DNA of 64,000 bases, taken from a virus. The first letter of the stretch is position 1; each line of letters starts with the position of its first letter. The DNA lies in the IMG/VR virus record IMGVR_UViG_3300045988_151684, positions 32,001 to 96,000 of that record, one strand, 5' to 3'. The notes under the pieces were generated by a model. The model did no database searches. It had not been told where the DNA came from and was given only the letters and a program-made list of their open reading frames with translations. Positions 37,409 through 48,000 of the stretch are shown piece after piece. The translations under genes and the position numbers were made by a program.

Positions 37409-39060
37409 TTACTGCACAAAATCTTTCAGCGCTTTCGCATCATGCAGCAGCTGTGCTTCCTTAGCCGTTGGTTTTTTCTTTGTATGCCACTCTTTTTGAG
37501 CACGCTCCTGAGCGCTCCTATTAGAATCGCTTTCATACCGCTTGAACTGCTTATCCGTTATGCCTAAATCCTGCATAGCCCGCTTATTCTCAGATGTCTT
37601 ATCCTTACGGTATGCATCCATAGCATCCTTCTTTTCATCACCATAACGGCTGCGCATATCATAAAGGTAGCTGTTAATGAAGGATGTATTAGATTCATCA
37701 GTGCTGCGGAAACCCAGCCCATGAATGACTTTAGCAAAACCATCTTCATATACGCTATTAACGCGGTGATGCGTACCATAGCTTGCACCGTTAACCCAGG
37801 CCTGAATCATATTGCCCAATGCTGGTGATATTGCCTTGATTGCTTCCGCTGGATTTCCATTATGCAGCTGGTCAATAGTATTAAATGCTGTGCCCAGAAC
37901 CGGACCGCCTAAAGCATTGGCAATAGCTCCTGCTGCCGATGACGGCGCCGTACCATAATATTTCCCGCTGAACGCACCTGACATCCCGACACGACCTGAA
38001 ATATCAATGCCAGCTAATGCCGGTATTCCATAGATAACCGTTTCAACAAGTTTCTTGCTTGCCGGGTCGTTGCCTGCCCATTTCATCATAGCTGCCTTGC
38101 ACTCATCAGCAAGATTTTCATCTTTACCGGTATAAATACCAAACAGGAATGAGAAGAATTCATTTAGCAAATCGCCAAATGGCAGCGCTCCGGCCGCACC
38201 GGCCAGCAGCATATAAGGAACAAGGAATCTTGCCCGCTGCGCATTGTTTTCAGCATGAACAACATTGTTCCACATAAATTCAAGCTGCATAATCGGGTAC
38301 TTTTGGAACTGGAACATTTGCTGGGTTAATACCGATCCCGCTCTCATTACGCCCGGAGTTGCTACATTTGAATAATCAAAGTTAGCATCAAAGTTTACTT
38401 CCTTGGCATATTGCATAGCTTTTTTAGAAATGGTCTTGCCTGGTTCAGGTTTCATTCCCTTTTCAGTTACACCCTGATAGTATGCTCCTAGGATAGCAGC
38501 TTTACGCATTAATGAATCAGCCATAGTAAACGGCAGCATGGTTTTATTGGCAGCACGTTTTATATTGCCTAAAACATTACGCACTCTGCCTGAATCACGG
38601 TTATGGGAATAGCCGCCACTGTTATCAGCTAATGTTATTTCATTCATAACACCGCTATTCTTCAGTATGCGCCGGTCTAGCTTATTTGGCTTGAGTGCCC
38701 GCTTAAGTCCCTCCATTGCCCATTTGTAACTATTCAGCTTTGTACCAATATTTACAAACTGCATGAAGTTAATTGCTGCTGATGCAAAGTTACCTAAACC
38801 AAGTTTAACTACTGCTATGAAAGAACTGAAATTACTGGATAATGCTAGTGCTGGTCTGCCATTATAATAATCGCTCAGCCGTCGTCCTAGTGCTGTTTTC
38901 TCTAATGACTTATTCAAAAGTTTCTCAAGCCGGCTCGGAACACCGTTCATATCGTTGATATGGTTCTTGATATACCATGCTATATCTGTCTTAGGCTCGG
39001 CATTGAAATCACCAAACCAGCGCTCATAGGTAGATATTGCCTGCGGTTTCCAATGTTCCA
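37409..39060 (-). CDS. Virion-associated protein (550-567 aa) with Gly/Ala-rich segments; start ambiguous (GTG at 39112 overlapping the giant ORF, or ATG at 39060)
   Basis: ORF directly downstream of the giant protein. Confidence 0.45.
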
Positions 39061-39063
39061 TTG

Positions 39064-42000
39064 CTACATAACGTGAGGATGCATTGAAGTAATGCTCCAG
39101 CAGCCACGGCACATCTTTTTCAAACCCCTCGGCGCCTTGCGTTTTTTCATATTACCAAAGAAACGATGCCGTCCCTTTATTTTTGCGCCAGCTGATTCAC
39201 GCAGGAACTTTCTTGCTTCATTGAGTGACATATCCGTATTCTTATGTATCTGGCTAGTCATTCTAGCAAAATCACGGTCCCCAACTACGACGTTGTTGTA
39301 TTCCTCATCATATTCAAAGCCCTGTGCTCTAATAACATATTCAGAATCTGGATTTTCCTTTGCATAACCATTAGCAAGTTTAGCAGCCTCTTTTAAACTT
39401 CTGCCACTGCCACGAGTTACAAGTATTTCTTCTCCATCTTCATTAGTATATTTTTGATAAACCATGAATTTATGAAAGAAATGCGGTACATAGCCAGTTA
39501 ATTTAGTTAAAGGCTTGGGCCGTTCTGTATAATCAACCCGCCATAAAGTAGTACCTAAATCATCCGTCACGGGTTCAAAATCTATAACGCAAACATCCTT
39601 ATCTGCCTTTAATTTACTTAAGGCCTCAGGCGATACCATCTCGCCCGTATGTTCATAAATTTTAGCGCCGCGATATGTTACCAGTATTTTGCCATTGCCT
39701 TTATTAATTATACTAAGAATATCGCTGTCCTTAAGGAAATGTGCCTTTTTGAAATCATCCAGCTGGCTTCTATGAAGAATCTTATTGCGCTCTATCACCT
39801 GCATCCGAGCATCATTTATCAGCTTATAGGCACTGCCAAGACGCAGCCGAACCAGCTTATAGGCACGAATTGCATTATCGGAAAGTCCCATTTCCTTCAA
39901 ATCCTTAACTTTGTATTCCTTGCCTTCCATATCACCTTGCAGCAGCGCCTGTGATACATCGTCCAAATCCTTCTTATCTTTGGTATACTGGTTAAACCGT
40001 TTCATAGCCTCGCCATAATGCGCCCTGAGTTTTTCCTGCTCATCGTATGCCTTGCGGGCTAAATTATAGAAATACTTGACAGCATTATTCTTCTTTGAAA
40101 CCTGTCTTACCGTCTTAACCCACATATCGAGCATATTCAAGTTGTCAATATCACGCTCCTTTTTCTTGCGAATTTCAACGTTCTTTTCGGTGGCAATTTT
40201 ACCCAGCTCGCTCATTGACCTTTTAATGCGGTTCAGCGAACCAGCCGGTTCCGTCTCCGTCTGCATTTCACTGATGGAGTATTTTTGCGTACTAGAAAAG
40301 CCGTCCTTGTCAGAACGGCTTACTGATAATTTGTTGTTGTCGTATTCATAATCGTGAATTGCCTTAACATCGTTTAGATATAATACTGATTGAACCTCGT
40401 AGCTTACATTTTTCTCGGGTTGTTGATTACGTGCATTAAGCTCTCGTACTCCTCCTGTATAGCCTTTCTCAACCTCGACTTCACTTCTTCTATCGGCATT
40501 GTCGGGTGTTCTTTTATCATATCTGGCAGGAGTTCCTCCATCTTTAATGGCTCTATTTTTGACGTTGTTTTGTCGGTTGTCTGATACATAACGCTCAAAC
40601 TCCTCTCCTAATCGGTTAAAACGGCGTGAGTATTCATACGCTTCTTTTGGAAAACCATTCATATCGAAGTTGAATTTTGACCGCAATTCACGAACTATCT
40701 TAGTTCCTAAAAACGCTTGGTCTAACTCATCGTCCGTCATGTCAGGTTTTAGCTTGCCTGCTAATTCCTGCTTCATCTGCTTAATGTCATTATCGGTCAC
40801 TTTTAGGGCATTGTCAAGCTCTCTTTCCCATACTTTTCCAGATTCTATATCCTTAAAAATACGGTTTACTTCCTCAGTCTTGGCAATGATGGAACGCAGC
40901 TTATCAACCATTTCACGGAATTTTTTCCATAGCTTGCCAAACTTGAATGAATTACCGTTAGGGTCTTTAGTAACTCCCTTATTTCTAGCTAGGAACCAGT
41001 CACGGTATCTGTCAGCCGCATACTCAATAACGTCCTTGCCAGCTTTCCTAGCGTCCTCTTTATACGCCTTGATGATTGCAGATTTTTCTTTATCTGTGAG
41101 CACCATATCCCATACCGCATGAAATACTTCATGGTATACGGAACCTTCATCGCCATTTAATGCTAACTGTATTACTGCCTTACTGCCAACCGTATACTCT
41201 TTGCCGTTGACCTTTATCTTTACGCCAGCTTCTAACCCGTGAGCCTTCCTTGCTTTGTCAGCGTCTCCATTATCAACATTGAGTTCATCAGCAATTTGTA
41301 TTTCCACTTCTGCTTTATTGAACATAGTGAAATAAAGTGATGAGCCATCATCACGAATATTTTTGGCAGTCGGCAATGCTTCAGCTATTTCCGTGCGTAA
41401 CCGCCCCATAGCCTGCGCTTTTGCCTGTTCGCTAATCTGCTCTTTTACATTATCTGCTGGGCTGATACTGTAATTGCTTTCGGCTAACAATGCGTTAGCT
41501 TCTTTGACAAATTCATTGCGGTCATTTTCATTTTCAAAGATAAATGAATTGTTAGCATACTTGCTATAGTGACCGTTGTGCTCTTTAGCCAGGTTACTGA
41601 TTGAACGGTATTTATCGCTTAAATATTCGGTTGGTCTTGCCGTTGAATAAAGTTTGTCAACGTTTGGACGGGTATCTTCATGCGTGCCAAGCGTGAAATA
41701 CTGTTCAGATTCAGTGTTTTCAGCTGGTTTAGATTCCGTTGTCGGTACTTTAGCATTAGGGTTATTGGCTTTTTCTGCCAAGTATTTATTGGCAGTACGC
41801 TCAAATTTATTGCGCAATGATTCAGTCGCAAAACCATAACCGCCAAACTTTACATTCCTTCTTCCTTGGTAGTCAAATGCTATTGCATATAACCTATCGT
41901 CGTTCATCAGCTTTACATCATCGACTAAAGCCATATAGCTGTTATTAATGCTTTTTTTATTAACAGTATTGGTGAAATGATTTTTTATATCGGCGCCAAT

Positions 42001-45000
42001 ACGCTCAGGCATGGTCATATTTTTAATACGGCTGAAAAGGTCTTTGATATTCTCTATACCTCTAAGGTCTACTTCATTTCCACCTTGTGCCTGTTTCATA
42101 TCCTCGTCAGTAAGGTATTTATCAATGACTAATATCTTTGTAGCTACGCTTGTTCCAGCACGCTTAAACGTGCATTGTGGAAGTCTTATGGTATTAATGA
42201 GTAAGGCATGTTTTGCTTCATTGTTTCCGTACCATTCATCAAACCGCTTATTAAATGCAGGACCATCAGGGACAATTGCTATTACTCGCCCGCCATCATA
42301 AAGATGTTCAAAGGCTTTTGCCAAGTGTTCCATAGCGGTCTTGCCACCTTTACCGTAAGGAGGATTCATAGCAATACCATCAAACTTATTGGCTTTGGCG
42401 AACTGCTCAAAGGTCGTAGTTTCTACTCTTGAAGTAGTACCGCCTTTTAACCGCATTTTAGCAAGTGTAGCCAGCTGTTCGCTTGGCTCAATAATAGTAT
42501 TCCTTGTCGTAGCACTAAAGTAACGGGATATTGCGCCATGACCTGCGGACGGCTCCAATGCTTTGTTGCCATTCTTCAAGCCTAACCATTCTACCATCTT
42601 AAAGCCTACTGGTTCAGGTGTCGGGTAGTAGTCTACACCTTCACTTGATTTATTACGGCTGTTCTTTTTCGCATTGGTGAAATAATCCGATACGGCTTCA
42701 TCAAATTGGCTAACGCCACTCATTGCTTTGCCATCACGGGCTTTACCGCCTGTACCTTCGGTCTTGCTGTTTGGCAGATAACGTTTCCATGTATCACCGT
42801 CTATTGATTCCATAAAGCCGTTTACGATAGCGTCTCTAAGGTTGCGTGCTTCATAGCCCATAGAAAGATTTTCAGCGGTTGAAGAACGTCCCGCAATCGT
42901 ATCAGCAAAAGCCTGTCTTTCAAAATTCATGCCAGTATTCAGATAGCGGATAATAGCATTAGTTACTACGCCAGTACGATAGATTCGCCCTTCACATTGG
43001 ATTAAGTCCGTTGGTCTTGTTGCCAGCCCCAAGTCTATTAATACCCGCTGGTGTTTTCCTGTCCTGTCGTGCAGGGATATACCTTCTTTAGCAGACGCCC
43101 GCTGACAAAGAAGAACTCTTAAATCATCCTCATCGTCATTAAATTTGTCAACACTATCCTGTCTTAATGATTTTTTCACATCACCATTAAATATGCCGAC
43201 TGTCTTTCCAAGCTCCGACTGAAAACGTTCTATAGGTGACATCAGGTCTTTCATATCCAGCTTTAGCAGTTCAGGATTTTCAGCACAAAAATCCTCATAC
43301 TGCTTGTGAGCCTTAGCCTGATCAGACGGGTCAAGCTCTGCAAAATCATCACTAATAAGCATAAATGGATTTGCAGCTTCATTCTTTTTGAAATCATGGA
43401 ACACTACTACCTGCTTGCCAGCTTTTAAATATTCCTTGATTATTGGGATTGCCGCTTTAGCCTTGACTGCTTCCAGCAGATAACGCCGTCCATTCTTCTT
43501 TAGTTTTTCATCAACCATCTTGGCAATCAGACTGTATTTGTCTCTATCGCCTTTTTCATCGTTGCCATGCAGAATGTCAAGTCCTCTATCAATCTGCTTG
43601 CCTACGCCACCATCAACTAGGATATAGCCACGCTCATAATCGGGCTTAACTTCTAATTTACGGCTGGAAACAGCGCCAATGCTTTTCAGCCATTCATTAA
43701 ATTTTATTTCCATAATGTCTTGGTTAACTTCTGCGTCAGGCTTATTCAGCTTGTTATTGCGCATACGATAACCAAAATGGTCAATCATAAACTGTTCTTG
43801 ACCATCGGTATCATTGTAGTAGCCATGTTTTTCTTTGGCAGGATAATCAAACAAATACCCCTCAGCATATTCTATATTTTTGATGTAGGCAAATGGCGTA
43901 GCTGACAGGAACAGCACTTTATGGCGGTCATTAGCTCCCTTGGCGTCCTCTGCCTGCATAGCTTCATACTCTGCCTTTAGCTTATGGCGTATTCTTTCAT
44001 TTTTAACATGCAGGTCTGCCAGCTGCTGTCTATCACTAGCCGTAAAATCAGATGCTCCGGCTCTGCTGTTCAATGACCTTTCCTGCATTACATTATCATA
44101 ATTTTTAGCTTCGTAATAATCGTTAAAGCCTCTATTATGATAGGTCATGGCACGAACTTTGTTAAGTGCATTAGTATTATTTGCCTGTTCTCCCTGCATT
44201 AGTTTATGAGATTCATCAGTTACGATTAAATCCCAGTCACGTTCTAAAAGGGCGTTGTTTTCACCTACATTTTGATATGAAGTGATAACAATGCCCTCGC
44301 CTTTATCCTTGGTGCTTTTCAGTTTGCTAATATCCAAGCCAAAGAAACCTTTACCCGCATTAATCCAGTCATTCTGTGTTTTATCCTGTGGCGCAATGAT
44401 AAGAATATTCTTTTTGCCACGCTGTACAAAACGCTTGATAACGCCTAAGCCTGTAAAGGTTTTGCCTGTTCCTGTACCGTTGGTAAACATCATACCTTTA
44501 TACGGTTTACCGTTTTTATCGGTGCTGAACAAACGGTTATCAGCTTTTACAACATCATCAACCTGTCCTTTCATCAGGAACGGCATACTAGCTTCTATTT
44601 GCTTTTTACTGCCAGTTTTAAAATTCTTCTTATCGACTTTAGCACCATTTATTGCGCCACGTTTACTGCTTTCATTGACTGGTCGGTTTTCAGCAGATTT
44701 AATACTTTCTGCGCTTCGTCCATCGTCAACCGGCGGTCTGTCGAAACTGTCTCTAATGCTTCTTGATAGGTGTTCAGCTCCGGTGCTATCATTTCCAGCT
44801 GACTGTTTGGTTTCTTCGCTTTGTACTCGGCTATTGCCAGTCTTTCCGCTAGTATCGGTGCTACGTCCGTGAACGCCGCCGCTACGTTGTGACCGTACTT
44901 CTTTTCCAGACGATTGTACACTCTGTCCTCGCCCTGTTCGGGATTCTCCATCTTCATGTACTGACCCCACTGCGTCTTGATTGTCCCCTGCGCTATTTCG

Positions 45001-48000
45001 TTCAGCAGGTTTGTTGGTGCTGTCATAAAGCTCACTGTCCGTTACCTCCTTAGGATTGTTAATTACATTATCTGCGCCAATAAAGCCAAGTTTGAGTAAT
45101 GGTTCAAAATCCTTAGCATTATCTTCACCATATTTTTTAGCAAACTCATTGCGAATATCTTCAAAACCTGCTTTGGGATTCTTTTCCATGACACTGCCAA
45201 CATAGTTAAATGCAGGTATCATTTGAGATTCATCAACCTTGCCGTCAGCAGATTCGAGCATTGACCATACAGGGTGCAGCCATCCACGTATATCATCACC
45301 AAGAGTATCAATCATGGTTTTAGCAAATTCGGTAAAGCCTTTTGCGCCACGTGCTACATACAGTCTGCCTAACTTAAATGCTGGTGCAAGAATGTCGGGG
45401 TCAAATACCGGCAGGGAATTTAATCTGTTGCGGGATTTTTCAAGTGCCTGTTTTAACTCTGCTACCAATTTTGTTTCGGCTTCTTCTGAAATATCAACGC
45501 CAGCAAATTTTTTAGGGTCAATATCCTTCGGCTTATTACCATCAGATTCATCTTTTGATTCTGCTTTAGCTGGTTTTTCCTCAGCCTTTTTCTTTACAGG
45601 TCGAATACCTAAAGCCTTTTCAAGCTCTTTTTCGGCTTCCTCCTGTGTTGAGAAAATCCTGTGTTTCTTTTCTTCTTTTGGCTTTTCATCTTTTACCACG
45701 GGTTCGGATTGAACGGTTTCAGTCCCCTGTGTATGCTCGCTAGATACTTCTCCGCCGTTTCCTTCGGCAACTGTTTCATTACCATCAGTTCCAGCTCGTT
45801 CGGTTCCCTTTTTCTTAGCTTTACTATTGCTAGGCTTTGCAGACGTATTACTATCTTGTTCCTCCTCATGTATTCTTTCCAACAAGTGCTTCCTTATAAG
45901 CACACTATCTGCTAACACACCAGCTCTACTGTACGGATATAAGTCTGGGTTGAATACATTATCGTCTGTATCTTCTATTTCCTTCTCTAACTTGGCTAAT
46001 CTCTCTATTGCTTCTTCATAAGTGATACTTTTTGCCCGATAAGCCTTGATAATCTTGCTTCCTTTTTGGTTAAAACCTTCTCTTATTTCCTCTTTCTCTT
46101 TGTATGAATAGGTTCTGTGCTCATTTTCATTTGTAGCTTTTTCGTTGCCTTCCTCAGCTGGTTCAGCTCCTGCCTTTTTTTCCTGTTCTTCGGCAAGCTC
46201 CTTAGCATAATCAGGTTCGCTCGTATCGGTATCAATTTCTTTTGATTCACCATAGAAATCTTTGACAAAACGGGCTTTATCATCAGAAGTTTCAAAGTCA
46301 AGATTATATACAGGTTTACCATTTTCCAAGTGTCCACGATAGCTTTCAATGTTATAGCCACGGTCGATATAATCCTTTATGTCAGATTCATAGATACCGC
46401 TAACTCCTTTTAGAACAGTATCTTCTTTAGCTGATTTTTCTGCTTTAACTTCCTGTTTATCCTGCTCAGTAACGTTTTCAGCTGCTTCATTCTTGGCAAT
46501 AGCTGGTGTTGCTTCCTCAGCTGGTTTAATTTCCTGCTCTGCTTCATCGTTGGTTTCAGCATTAGCAAGTTTCTTCTCAGCATTGACTATAGCCTTTGGC
46601 ACGCCATGTTCTAGGTCATTGCGCAAATTATCATTAACAGAAATATTCTTTGCTTTCAGCTCATTTAAAAGCTCCTTGCCTAGTTCAATGCGATCAGCCC
46701 GTGACATTTTCTTGACTTCGCTTAACCGTTTTTTATAGTCAAACCTGCTTGGAACATTGCCATACTGACTGTTTCTTATTTGCTCTGCTTCCTTATGGAA
46801 CCCCATTGCGTCCGCTTCATTTGCCATTGCACCTATATCACTCTTGGCTTTTGCTTGACGGAATACAGGCGAATCGTTAAGCCGTGCCATTGGGTCATTG
46901 GTATTTACGGTTGGTGCTTTACGTTTTGGCGTGTCAGGAATAACAATATCAGGAGTTTCAGCAGGTGCGCCATTCGGAACAATAATCCCTGCATTAGGCG
47001 TAGCAGGATTAATTGCAAGCCCAGCTTTCTGCATACGTGCGTCTATTGCTTGACGGTTGGCATTAGCCTGTTGCTGGTTATTGTTTAAATCCTGCTGTAT
47101 GGTGCTGTCTAAAACATTACCGTCTATTGGCTGTCCATTCATAGCTGACTGCATAATAGCACTAGCCGTTGTGGGCAGATTTTGCTGTGTGGCCTGTGCA
47201 GCAGCATATTGCGGGTTATTATTTGCTATGCTGGCTAACTCTTCAAGATTTGCTATTGAAATATGCTGCTGATTATTTTTTATATTGCCAGCCAGTCCCT
47301 GACCATCCGGCAGTGCGGGGAAAGCATTTGGCACATCAAGCTGGATGCCATTCATGATAGCATTTTGAATGTTGCCAGCTGAGGCATTAACTCCCTGCGT
47401 CAGCAGATTGACCATAGTATTGTTCCAGCCATTACTGCGGGCAACTAAAGCAGCCTCAGCAATTTTTCCCTGTGATGCCAGTTTAGTGATATCATCTACT
47501 GTCTGAGCAAATCTGTTGCCATAATTAGTTGAAACTCTTGTCTGTGCTGGTGCCTGCGGATTAATATTGTCAATTTTCGGTGTGGCCGGCGCTCTCCTTG
47601 GTGATGGGGCTTTAGCTGCCATCACGGTCTTCATCATAGCATTAGCAGTTTCCTGCGGATGCATCTTAAATATTGCGCCAATATCACCACCATCAATTGC
47701 ATTTTGCATAGCAGCTGCATGGGCTGCGTCCTCATTTACATCATCACTTACTGGCATATTCATCAACTGAGTAGCCATTTCCATTACTGACTGCTGCTGC
47801 TCCGGCGTCACCTCATTATTGCTAATAAGTGCCTGCGCTGCTTCCATATTCGCCTTTTCCTGCTCTGGTGTCAGGTCATATTGAGATAAATTGAATCCGG
47901 GAACAGTTATATTATAACTGCCACCACTGCCATTTAAAGCTTCACCATGGTCACTGAAATGTAAATGACCGCCGGTAGCATTAGCCGAAGGATTACTATA

